The position numbers and the translations under genes are program-made. A stretch of 64,000 nucleotides of DNA from an uncultured delta proteobacterium (GTDB lineage: Bacteria > Desulfobacterota > Binatia > UBA9968), in assembly GCA_963771465.1 (NCBI GenBank), contig CAVYTU010000014.1, positions 1,056,001 through 1,120,000 of the forward strand. The letters run 5' to 3'. Below are positions 18,717 through 27,454 of this stretch, in pieces. Position 1 is the first letter of the stretch, and every line of letters starts with the position of its first letter. The notes below the pieces were generated by a model. It worked only from the letters and a program-made list of their open reading frames with translations. It searched no databases and was not told the DNA's origin.

Positions 18717-19850
18717 ATGCACACACGTTGGGAGGTCGTTGCTGTTCTAGCGTTGACTGTTTCTCTTGTCTGGCTCGGAGCCGGCGGGCGTTGGCCGGAC
18801 TGGTTGGGTGGTGAGCAAGAAATTCCAGTGAAAGTCGTGCGCGTAGACAAGCGCGCAACGCCGGTTACTCTACATGTCAGTGGCACCTTAGTGCCGACTG
18901 GCGAGACGGCGGTTGTCTCCCGGTTAGCCGGCCGTGTGACCCAGGTGCGATTCCAAGTCGGGGAGCGCGTCATCGCGGGTGCCGTGGTTGCGACCGTCGA
19001 CGCGAATGACATCGCGCCGCGTCGAGTCGAGATCGAAAACTCCCTAGCCGCGGCGCGAAACGAATTGCAAGATAAAGGGCAAAAACTTGACGCTGCGGAA
19101 AAACTCGCGACTCGCACGCGCGAGCTATTCAAACAAGACCTGATTGCGCGGATCGAACTGGAACAAGTCGAAGCCGCCTTGCAAACCGCTCGGGCTCAAT
19201 ACGATTTGGCGCAGGCTCAGCTTTCCCAACAAGAGTCGATGCTGGCGCAGGCGCGGAAAATTCAAAGTGTGACGCAAATCACCGCGCCGGTCGCCGGCGT
19301 AATTAGCCGGCGCTGGGTCGAGCCTGGCGCGACCATCGCTCCGTCGAGCACGATTCTTTCGATTGCCAACACCGACGCGCTCAAGTTTAGCGGTCGAATG
19401 ACCGGCGAACTCCCCGTCGGCGTACGCGAAGGGCTGAGCGCTTCAATAACCAGCGCGGCGGTTGCGGCTGCAAAACTCGACGGCAAGCTAACCCGGGTGG
19501 AACGTCGCACCGAGAATGGCGCGGCGATTTCTGAGTTTGAGATTCAAATCACAAACAGCACGGCGAGTTTTCGCTCGGGAATGGCGGCCGATGCCGTGAT
19601 TGCGCTGAACCGCGAGGAAACAACTTTGCTCGTACCGCGCACCGCGGTATTCGCGAGTGGCGGCAAGGATTATTTATTTAAACTCGATGCCGGTCGTGCC
19701 ATTAGGCAAGAAATCAAACTGGGCGCGGCACAGCATGACGAGATCGCGGTCCATCAAGGGGTGAATGTAAGCGATTTAGTGATCGCCGATGACGTCAGTC
19801 GATTGAAACCGGGAAGCCGAGTTCGCGTCGCCGCTGCGGTAGATCGATAA
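18717..19850 (+). CDS. Second RND periplasmic adaptor subunit
   Basis: N-terminal TM, lipoyl half-motifs (SRLAGRV...GERV; ITAPVAGVISRR), coiled-coil hairpin, LKPGSRV. Confidence 0.88.
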   Translation: MHTRWEVVAVLALTVSLVWLGAGGRWPDWLGGEQEIPVKVVRVDKRATPVTLHVSGTLVPTGETAVVSRLAGRVTQVRFQVGERVIAGAVVATVDANDIAPRRVEIENSLAAARNELQDKGQKLDAAEKLATRTRELFKQDLIARIELEQVEAALQTARAQYDLAQAQLSQQESMLAQARKIQSVTQITAPVAGVISRRWVEPGATIAPSSTILSIANTDALKFSGRMTGELPVGVREGLSASITSAAVAAAKLDGKLTRVERRTENGAAISEFEIQITNSTASFRSGMAADAVIALNREETTLLVPRTAVFASGGKDYLFKLDAGRAIRQEIKLGAAQHDEIAVHQGVNVSDLVIADDVSRLKPGSRVRVAAAVDR

Positions 19851-19897
19851 AGGCTATTTTATCGGCGGCCGCCGCGTTCGGGTGACGGTATTTACCT

Positions 19898-21730
19898 TTA
19901 CCAGCGAAATGGGTTGAGCACTTTGCCGACGTTCTCCATGTCCTGACGCATCTGATCGAATACGCCTTTGGGCGCTTCGTCTTGGCTCGTCGCAGACTTC
20001 TTCGTCTCGGCGAGACTTGCGGCGGAAGTTGTTGTTGAGGGCTGCACCGGCCCTTTGACCAATGAACGAGCCGGTGGCGCGCTCGCACTATCGGTGCTTT
20101 CTGGTTTCGCTTCCGGCTTTTTGGTTTCTTGCGCTGGCGTCGCGGCAGGCTGAATTTCCGTTGGGTTGAGGAATAGCGGCCCTTTTTCGAGCACCAGTTT
20201 GGGTTCCAGCTCGACGTTTCTAGACTGGGGCTTCTGCGCGGCAGCAGCTTTGATTTCTTCCGCTGACGGCGGCTTGGTAAAACCTCCCGGTTCCATTCCC
20301 TGAGCTTTGAGTTTTTGATCGATGCTGCTGAGGATACTGGAGGATGGTACTTCTTGATGCGAACCCTGCTCGGCTCTCGCAATCGCGGCTTGCGTCGCTG
20401 CGGCGTTCCTAAATGCCTCCGCCGATTCGGGTGTCGGTGGCAGCTCGGTGGAGTTTTTGCCGCTGCGTTGCAAATTGGCGTCGATCGAACTTAACAGCGC
20501 CACCGGGTCTTGAGTCGGCGCCGGGCCGGGTCCCGGCTTGGGCAGGTCGACCTCTGGTGTTTGCAGCGCCGCTTGGCGCGCCTGCGCATCGATGCCTTTT
20601 TCTTTCAGCGACTCGTCGACTTGGGCGACCACGCCGATGGCATTCTTGTCGCTCTCTTTTTTCTTTTCCTCATTTCTTCGAGCTAACATGTCGAGGCCGC
20701 TGGTCGGTTTCTTTTCTTCCTTCTTCGCGGTTTCCTGCTTCTTGTCGTCGTCAGAAGAAGAGAAAGGATTGATCTTGTCAGCGAAGCGGCGCAGAAATCC
20801 TTTTTCATCTCCCGGCTCTTCGTGCACCACGTCTTTTTTCGCCACGAGATTCAAATCTCTGAGCTTGGCCAGCGCCGGATCTTCTTTCGCCTCCGGCGCG
20901 GCAAGAGCACCCGGCCGGCGGTCGCGCATGAGTAACAACGCGAGCGGATCGCGCTTCTCTTTCTCGACGACTGCGAGCTGGGTTCTCGCTTCAGCGGCGA
21001 ATTTGCTCTGTGGATAATGTTGAATCAGCGCCTCGTAGGCGAGTGCGGCGCGCACACCGTTCTTTTCCAGGCGGTAACTCTCTCCCAGATAGAAAAGACT
21101 TTTCACCGAGGTCGGTGTGTCCTTGTATTTTCGGATGATTTCCTCAAACCGGTCCCGCGCGGCGACATATTTCTCTTGCTTGAAGTAGAATTCCGCGACG
21201 TTGAATTCATGCTCGGCGAGATACTCGACGGCTTTGGCAAGTTTCACTTGCGCTTCGGCGGCCTGCGGCGACTTTGGGTACTTGGTGACGACCGTCTCAA
21301 AATAGCCCTTGGCGATCTCGGTGGTTTTTTGGTCGCGATCGGTGGATGTGAATTGATCGAAGTGCGCTTGACCTAAACGCAGCGTGACCAGTGGCATATT
21401 CTCGTTGGTCGGATGCATCGATTGAAATTCTTTGAAGGCGTTGATCGATTCGGGATACTGCTGGTTTAAATAAAAAGCATCGGCCATTTTGAGCTCGGCT
21501 TGGGTGACCAACGGGCTGAACGGATTGTCGGTTCTGAGTTTTGAGAAGTTATCGATGGCGCGGACGTATTTCTTTTCGTTAAACGCGCGCGTGCCTTCTT
21601 CGAACAGCCCTTCCGCGGTTAGGTCGGCCTTGGGCGCAGAACTAAACCAGGGAATAGACGGTGCCGATGAAGAGCAACCGGCCGCGATGATGGCGGCCAG
21701 ACCGAGCGCCGTATGAAAAAAATGTTTCAT
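19898..21730 (-). CDS. bamD: Outer membrane protein assembly factor BamD with a long C-terminal extension
   Basis: Lipobox IAAGC; PFSP...AELKMADAFY, HPTNE, DRDQ, LAEHEFNVAEFYFK; then more than 300 aa rich in P/A/K/E/Q. Confidence 0.85.
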   Translation of the reverse strand: MKHFFHTALGLAAIIAAGCSSSAPSIPWFSSAPKADLTAEGLFEEGTRAFNEKKYVRAIDNFSKLRTDNPFSPLVTQAELKMADAFYLNQQYPESINAFKEFQSMHPTNENMPLVTLRLGQAHFDQFTSTDRDQKTTEIAKGYFETVVTKYPKSPQAAEAQVKLAKAVEYLAEHEFNVAEFYFKQEKYVAARDRFEEIIRKYKDTPTSVKSLFYLGESYRLEKNGVRAALAYEALIQHYPQSKFAAEARTQLAVVEKEKRDPLALLLMRDRRPGALAAPEAKEDPALAKLRDLNLVAKKDVVHEEPGDEKGFLRRFADKINPFSSSDDDKKQETAKKEEKKPTSGLDMLARRNEEKKKESDKNAIGVVAQVDESLKEKGIDAQARQAALQTPEVDLPKPGPGPAPTQDPVALLSSIDANLQRSGKNSTELPPTPESAEAFRNAAATQAAIARAEQGSHQEVPSSSILSSIDQKLKAQGMEPGGFTKPPSAEEIKAAAAQKPQSRNVELEPKLVLEKGPLFLNPTEIQPAATPAQETKKPEAKPESTDSASAPPARSLVKGPVQPSTTTSAASLAETKKSATSQDEAPKGVFDQMRQDMENVGKVLNPFRW

Positions 21731-21892
21731 AGCGTTCACCTCTGATTCAATAACTATCTAGGCATTTTACACAGCCATATTGCCGAGTCAATGAATATAC
21801 CGACGTTTTTACCTGGGGTGAGGCTCGCTTACGGGCGCTTTTTTCCCGATTAGCTGAAATTGTCCCTGAAGACTGATTCGCACTACGGCGAC

Positions 21893-22375
21893 CTATTGCG
21901 CCGGTAAAACGCGGAGTTTTACCGCAGTCTGGTTCGAGCGCATGACAAACGGCCACACCGGTGGGAAAGCGAGATAGGCGGTGGTTTCCAAGAACGAATA
22001 AACGGGATCGCCTGGCGGGCCTTTGTCGTCGTGGATAGTTACCGTGTATTCGCCTGGCTGCAGATTGGGAATCTGGAATTGCAGCACTTTGTCTTCGATC
22101 CATACTAGATCCTCGCCGCGAACATCTTGCCGGGCGGGATCCTTCGCCAAAAGTTTTAGCTTCGACCAATCCATCATCTCATTACTGATCTCGACTCGTG
22201 GCCAGCCGACCAGATATTCCATCGACAAACTCACAACGGTGCCGGGCCGGCCTTCCGTGGGAACCATCTGCACGACGCGGGGTGCGCAACCGGGAAAATA
22301 ACCGATAAGTAACAACAGCAGGGCGAGCCGGTTGAGCTGGTTACAAGTAAAGTATCGGGGCAGTGTATGGATCAT
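21893..22375 (-). CDS. Hypothetical lipoprotein (possible Ig/IPT-like fold)
   Basis: Lipobox-like FPGC; beta-rich PTEGRPGTVVSL and FQIPNLQPGEYTVTI. Confidence 0.55.
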   Translation of the reverse strand: MIHTLPRYFTCNQLNRLALLLLLIGYFPGCAPRVVQMVPTEGRPGTVVSLSMEYLVGWPRVEISNEMMDWSKLKLLAKDPARQDVRGEDLVWIEDKVLQFQIPNLQPGEYTVTIHDDKGPPGDPVYSFLETTAYLAFPPVWPFVMRSNQTAVKLRVLPAQ

Positions 22376-22624
22376 TCCGTTTGATCCATGGATCGCACAA
22401 AAATCATTAACATCCAAGATCTACTGGTGGTCGTCGGATGTTCCATCTTTTAAACGTGCGTCACATGTCGGTTTAGTCACGGCGCGAAAGCGCCAGGGCG
22501 CGATTGCCTTCGCGGCATCAAGTTGCTAAAAGTTTGGGCGTAGTTGCATCCCGAACAAAGCACGATCAATGTCACACCAAAGCCAGCCGCTTGCATGTTC
22601 TGTCTGAATGTAAGGAATCGTCCG

Positions 22625-23239
22625 ATGAATCATCGGTTGGCCGGCGCCGCACTCCTTTTCATTGTTTCGCTTACGTCAGCCTGCAATCATTGGGTGCCGC
22701 GCTTTGGCACGGGGGGACGGTACGAAGAGGGGCGGGATCAGTTTCTGCGTGGGCGAGCGGGAGATTTGGACACGGCGATTGTTGCCTTTGAGGCCGTAGT
22801 CAGCGTCGATCCAACTTACAAGAATAGCCTTACTTACTTGGGGCGGGCCTATTACGGTAAGGGACGTTTTCAGGACGCCTACGCGATCTTGCAGCGCGCC
22901 CTCGCGATTAACCAGGATGATGAGATCGCCTGGATCGCATTGGGTCTGACTCAAATGCGGCTCGGCCAGTTGGAGAAAGGCGTTGAAACGCTCAAAGGCG
23001 GGATAACATTGGCCAGTAGAGTCATGGTCAAAGGCTATATGAACTATATCTACTGGGACACCCGCGGATTGATCCGGGCGTCGATCCGTCGTTCGGCGTT
23101 CCTACTCGCCAAGGGCACCGAGGAACGCGATAATATTGTAAGGAACACGGACCAGCTTTTGGCTCTGGTCGACGATGAAGACAATTTTCAGCGCAACACC
23201 CACATACAGAACACGCGACCGCTTTATGGCGGTAGCTGA
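22625..23239 (+). CDS. TPR lipoprotein
   Basis: Lipobox TSAC; TPRs (YLGRAYY, AWIALGLTQMRLG). Confidence 0.8.
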   Translation: MNHRLAGAALLFIVSLTSACNHWVPRFGTGGRYEEGRDQFLRGRAGDLDTAIVAFEAVVSVDPTYKNSLTYLGRAYYGKGRFQDAYAILQRALAINQDDEIAWIALGLTQMRLGQLEKGVETLKGGITLASRVMVKGYMNYIYWDTRGLIRASIRRSAFLLAKGTEERDNIVRNTDQLLALVDDEDNFQRNTHIQNTRPLYGGS

Positions 23240-23280
23240 CAAGTCAATTTAATTCCTCAATAGTACTCAACGGGCAATTT

Positions 23281-23326
23281 CGTTGCTCTTGATCGTGACC
23301 GGACCCACACGAGCAACGAACACGCG
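23281..23326. repeat. Small inverted repeat of the TCGTG/CACGAG type
   Basis: CGTTGCTC...TCGTG...CACGAGCAACG between two convergent genes; may act as a bidirectional terminator. Confidence 0.5.
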
Positions 23327-23328
23327 CC

Positions 23329-23967
23329 TTAAAATGGATTGTCTCTGCCGGAGCTCTCGCGGTTGCGATCGCGGGACTCGTCGTAGCGGGCGCGGTCGAT
23401 TTCTTCCTCGATTTGTTTACCGACCCATTCGCCAGCGGCGATGAGTTTGTCCCAGTCGAAATCACGCCGGGAAATCATCGCCAGATCAGATTGAATCGCC
23501 CGGCGCAGCTCATGCGCGGGATCCCAGTACTGGCCGAAGGAAAAACGGTGTGTCTGGGCGATATATTCAATCGAATCGTGGATGCCCTTCATGCCGCTTT
23601 CAATTTCAGTTAATCCGCGTTGGCGGTCGCCGCTGCGGGCCAGGGTCAAGCCGAGGTACAAGCGCGCGGTGTCGTCATCTTTCTTGACGTTCAGGGCCTT
23701 TTCCAGAGACTCGCGCGCTTGCGGGAGTCTTCCGGTGGCATATTCGCTGCGGCCGACGTAGCCCCAGATGCCATGTTGGAGCGCCGTACCATAGACGTAA
23801 CTCGGATCCTGCTGGGCGGCGCTTTGAAAATAGCCCAAGGCTCTTTCAGGATTGCCGGCAAGCAATGCTTGTCGCCCCGTCTGAACTTCGCTGCCGATCC
23901 GAGCGCTGGCGCAAGCCGAAAAGCCGATAAGAAATGAGCAGAGAATTAGATTAGTTTTGAACTTCAC
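23329..23967 (-). CDS. TPR lipoprotein, paralogue of 22625-23239
   Basis: Lipobox FSAC; YVGRSEY, ARLYLGLTLARSG, YWDP. Confidence 0.8.
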   Translation of the reverse strand: MKFKTNLILCSFLIGFSACASARIGSEVQTGRQALLAGNPERALGYFQSAAQQDPSYVYGTALQHGIWGYVGRSEYATGRLPQARESLEKALNVKKDDDTARLYLGLTLARSGDRQRGLTEIESGMKGIHDSIEYIAQTHRFSFGQYWDPAHELRRAIQSDLAMISRRDFDWDKLIAAGEWVGKQIEEEIDRARYDESRDRNRESSGRDNPF

Positions 23968-24051
23968 AAATCCCTCCTATTTCCGTTGCTGAGGATAGTT
24001 CTCTATATGGGGAATTTCAACCGAGCGTGCGTCAGTGAATTCAACGCTGAG

Positions 24052-24846
24052 TTAGCTGTCAAATCCAAGAATCGTAAGCCAGATTCGGACAGCAATGAGA
24101 GCGACCAGCACGGCATAGACGCGCCGAAGCAGCTCGCTAGATAGACGTCGATGAACGCGCTCTCCCGCTAGTGCGCCGAGCATGGCACCAGCGACTACGG
24201 TCCCTGCGGTAGCAAGTGGAATCTGTCCGGTGAGCAGCTTGCCGAGAAATCCGCTTGCGGTGTTCATCATCGCGATGAATAGACTGCTGCCAATAGCGAT
24301 TCGTGTCGGTACCGATAGAAGATAAATCAACACGGGCACAAAGATAAAATTACCGGCGCCGAGAAAGCCGATCACCAAGCCGGTTACGAGTGAATAGAGT
24401 GCCAGGGGTAATTGCCGCACACGAAGATTCTCAATCGTCCTTGTTTGGCTCGCTCGAGCTCGCGCCGGCAACAACATGATGAGTACGGTGATGACGGTGA
24501 CGACGCCGAAGAGCACTAGCAGGAAGCGTTCAGAAACCCATTTCGATGCGATGCTACCCGCGAATGCACTGGCAGCCGAAACGGTGCCAGCCGTTAGGGT
24601 GAGACGGCCCTGCACTTGGCCGCTACGCAGATGCGCCATACCGCCGGTGAGTGTCGAGAAAAAAACCTGGCTAGCCACGATGGCGGCGACGGTTTTAACG
24701 TCCATGGGTAGCAGGCCAAGCAGTGGCGGAACGTAAAACAGCAAGGGAAACATCAACACGCCGCCACCGAATCCCAACAACCCGGCGAAAAAACCGCCGA
24801 CAAAACCGAGGCCGATTAAAGTGGCGACGAGCGTCACGCTCATCAA
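24052..24846 (-). CDS. Sulfite exporter TauE/SafE family membrane protein
   Basis: GFFAGLLGFGGG, AIGSSL, multiple TM helices. Confidence 0.9.
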   Translation of the reverse strand: MMSVTLVATLIGLGFVGGFFAGLLGFGGGVLMFPLLFYVPPLLGLLPMDVKTVAAIVASQVFFSTLTGGMAHLRSGQVQGRLTLTAGTVSAASAFAGSIASKWVSERFLLVLFGVVTVITVLIMLLPARARASQTRTIENLRVRQLPLALYSLVTGLVIGFLGAGNFIFVPVLIYLLSVPTRIAIGSSLFIAMMNTASGFLGKLLTGQIPLATAGTVVAGAMLGALAGERVHRRLSSELLRRVYAVLVALIAVRIWLTILGFDS

Positions 24847-25784
24847 AGAGTCCGAGTACTGGAGCGCAAAATGGCATCGGCTAGGGTGGCGAGAAAGTAG
24901 CCGATACTGACGTAAGCGTTGTAGTCAAAGAAGGCGCGATTGATGCGCGACAAATCATTGGCGGAAACGATACGATGTTCCCAGAAAAGCACGATGGCGA
25001 CGGCGGTGAAGCCCAGCCAGTAAATAATCCCCATGTGCGCGGTAAAGCCGACGAGGGCGAGAAAAACCACCGTGACGACGTGAAAGAAGTTCGAAAGGCG
25101 CAATGCGCCGGCGACGCCGAAGCGGACAGGAATCGAATAGAGCCCGTGTATCTCATCGAACTCACGGTCTTGCAGCGAGTAGATCACATCAAATCCCGCC
25201 AGCCAAAAGAGCACGGCGAGGCCGAGCAAGAGCGGCGTTACTAACTCGTTGAGGGTCACCGCCGGGCCTGCGACCGCGAGCCATGCGCCGATCGGCGCGA
25301 TGGCAAGCGCCAGACCGAGAAACAGATGCGCCGCCCAGGTGAAACGCTTGGTGAACGAATAAAAAAAGACGATCCCGAGAGCGACGGGCGAGAGCAGAAA
25401 ACAGATCCAGCTCAGTTGAAAAGCCGCGTAAACGAAGAGCAGCGAAGCTAGAGCGGTTAACGCCATCGCCTCCCAAACTTTGACCTTCCCTTGCGGCAGT
25501 TCCCAACCTTGAGTGCGCGGGTTGACCGCATCGAACCTTCTGTCCACTAGCCGGTTAAACGCCATCGCCGCGCTGCGCGCGCTGACCATGGCCACCAATA
25601 TCCATAAGAGGCTGCGCAAAGTCACAGGATGACGCGGCCAGGCCAGCGCCAGCGACGCCATCGCGAAGGGCATGGCAAAAATCGTGTGCGAGAAGCGGAC
25701 CAGGCTGGCGTAGTTGGCGATTTTAGATATTAATCCGCCGCGCTTTTTTGGGATTTTGGTTTCGGCGCGCGAGTCAGCTTTCAT
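24843..25784 (-). CDS. mqnP: UbiA-family prenyltransferase, MqnP-like
   Basis: FSHTIFAMPFA, ARSAAMAFNRLVDRRFDAVNPRT, YSFTKRFT, GFDVIYSLQD; ATGA overlap with the upstream gene. Confidence 0.85.
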   Translation of the reverse strand: MKADSRAETKIPKKRGGLISKIANYASLVRFSHTIFAMPFAMASLALAWPRHPVTLRSLLWILVAMVSARSAAMAFNRLVDRRFDAVNPRTQGWELPQGKVKVWEAMALTALASLLFVYAAFQLSWICFLLSPVALGIVFFYSFTKRFTWAAHLFLGLALAIAPIGAWLAVAGPAVTLNELVTPLLLGLAVLFWLAGFDVIYSLQDREFDEIHGLYSIPVRFGVAGALRLSNFFHVVTVVFLALVGFTAHMGIIYWLGFTAVAIVLFWEHRIVSANDLSRINRAFFDYNAYVSIGYFLATLADAILRSSTRTL

Positions 25785-27223
25785 ACCCCAAGTTTTTCCC
25801 AGATGGAGTCGATATATTTCTTGGTTTTCTCGTCCATGACGATGGTGCCGGGCCATTCGCGGTCGAACCCTTCGCTGCGCCATTTTCTAGTCGCGTCGAT
25901 ACCGAACTTGGAGCCGTAGCCGAGCATCGGCGCGGCGTGATCGAGGACGTCCACCGGGCCTTCGACGAACACCGTGTCGCGCTTGGGATCGATGTTATTG
26001 CCGACGACCCAGGTAATTTCGGAGAGGTCGTGCACATTCACATCGTGATCGACGATGATCAGCGTCTTGGTGAACATCATTTGGCCGAGGCCCCAGAGCG
26101 CGTGCATGACTTTGCGCGCGTGGGCCGGGTATTCCTTTTTGATCGAGACCAGCGCGAGATTATGAAACACTCCGTGCACCGGCAAATTCATGTCGACGAT
26201 CTCAGGTAACGTCACCCGCAGCAGCGGCAGAAACAGCCTTTCGGTGGTCTTGCCAAGATAAGCATCTTCCATCGGCGGGCGGCCGACGATGGTCGTTGGG
26301 TAGATTGGATTTTTCTTGTGCGTAATGCAGGTCACATGAAAAGCCGGATAGTCATCGGCGAGAGAATAAAAGCCGGTGTGATCGCCGAAGGGTCCTTCAC
26401 GCCGTAGCGGTTCGGCAGGATCGACATAACCTTCGATGACGATGTCCGAATTCGCCGGTACTTCGATGTCGACGGTGACGCCCTTGACCAGTTCGACGCC
26501 TTTCTTGCGCAGAAATCCAGTGAACAGAATCTCGTCGATCTGGGGCGGCAGTGGCGCCGTGGCGGCATAGATCATCGCCGGATCGCCGCCCAAGCAGACG
26601 GCTAATTCCATGCGGCCGGATTGTTCCTTTTGCTGCTGAAAGTGGCGCGCGCCGACTTTGTGCAAATGCCAATGCATGCCCGTGGTGCGCTGATCGAACA
26701 CTTGCATGCGATAAAGTCCGACGTTGCGCGTGCCCGACTTGGGATCCTTGGAAAAAACCATCGGCAACGTAATGAAAGGGCCGGCATCCCCCGGCCAACA
26801 GGTGAGCACCGGCAGAATATTCAAATCCGGCTCGCGCTCGATGACTTCCTGGCACACGCCCGCGCCAACCATTTTCGGCGGAATCGCCGCGAGCTTGGCC
26901 AATTGGCCAAGCAGCGCAAGCTTATCTTTTAAGCTCTTGGGCGGTTTTGTGCGGATCAGTTTGTCGATTTCGCTGGCGATAGTTTCAACGTCATCGACGC
27001 CGAGCGCCAGCGCCATGCGCTTCATCGAGCCGAAAGCGTTGATCAAGAGCGGCATCGGTTTGCCGGTAACGTTTTCAAACAAGAGCGCCGGACCGTTCGC
27101 TTTCATCACCCGGTCGGCGATCTCGGCGATTTCAAGCTCTGCTTTGACTGGATAGGGGATCCGTTTAAGCTCGCCGGCGCGCTCCAAAACTTGCACGAAC
27201 TCTGCTAGGTTGTTGTAGGCCAT
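25781..27223 (-). CDS. mqnL: Menaquinone biosynthesis decarboxylase (UbiD family, MqnL-like)
   Basis: RNVGLYRMQ, GMHWH, EGPFGDHTGFYS, VGRPPMED, GPVDVLDHA; coupled to mqnP. Confidence 0.88.
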   Translation of the reverse strand: MAYNNLAEFVQVLERAGELKRIPYPVKAELEIAEIADRVMKANGPALLFENVTGKPMPLLINAFGSMKRMALALGVDDVETIASEIDKLIRTKPPKSLKDKLALLGQLAKLAAIPPKMVGAGVCQEVIEREPDLNILPVLTCWPGDAGPFITLPMVFSKDPKSGTRNVGLYRMQVFDQRTTGMHWHLHKVGARHFQQQKEQSGRMELAVCLGGDPAMIYAATAPLPPQIDEILFTGFLRKKGVELVKGVTVDIEVPANSDIVIEGYVDPAEPLRREGPFGDHTGFYSLADDYPAFHVTCITHKKNPIYPTTIVGRPPMEDAYLGKTTERLFLPLLRVTLPEIVDMNLPVHGVFHNLALVSIKKEYPAHARKVMHALWGLGQMMFTKTLIIVDHDVNVHDLSEITWVVGNNIDPKRDTVFVEGPVDVLDHAAPMLGYGSKFGIDATRKWRSEGFDREWPGTIVMDEKTKKYIDSIWEKLGV

Positions 27224-27245
27224 GACAATTTGTTCTCGACCGTAA

Positions 27246-27380
27246 ATGAAAAGTAATAAGCGCGCAACCAGCAGAAATCACGCACGCCGAGTAAAGCTAC
27301 GTCGACGCAAAATTAGCCCAGCTGGCCTGCGCCGCTGTTGGTTGCGCTGGTGACCGTAGTAGCATTTCTTCCTACCGCGA
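27246..27380 (+). pseudogene. Decayed N-terminal copy of the TMTC-like gene
   Basis: MKSNKRATSR (from 27246) and, in another frame, SWPAPLLVALVTVVAFLPT (27320-27376), versus MKNSQRATVR...AWLVPLVVAGVTCAAFLPA of the next gene. Confidence 0.6.
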
Positions 27381-27454
27381 AGCGGTGCGATCATGAAAGC
27401 CGCGGATAAATCGCCCGGCAGCGAGTTGCGCGATTCGAAGTAAAGACTGTTGCA

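Noticed and set aside
25781-27223. Third UbiD as part of the catabolic cluster
   Set aside because: Its motifs and coupling to an mqnP-like gene indicate housekeeping menaquinone synthesis.
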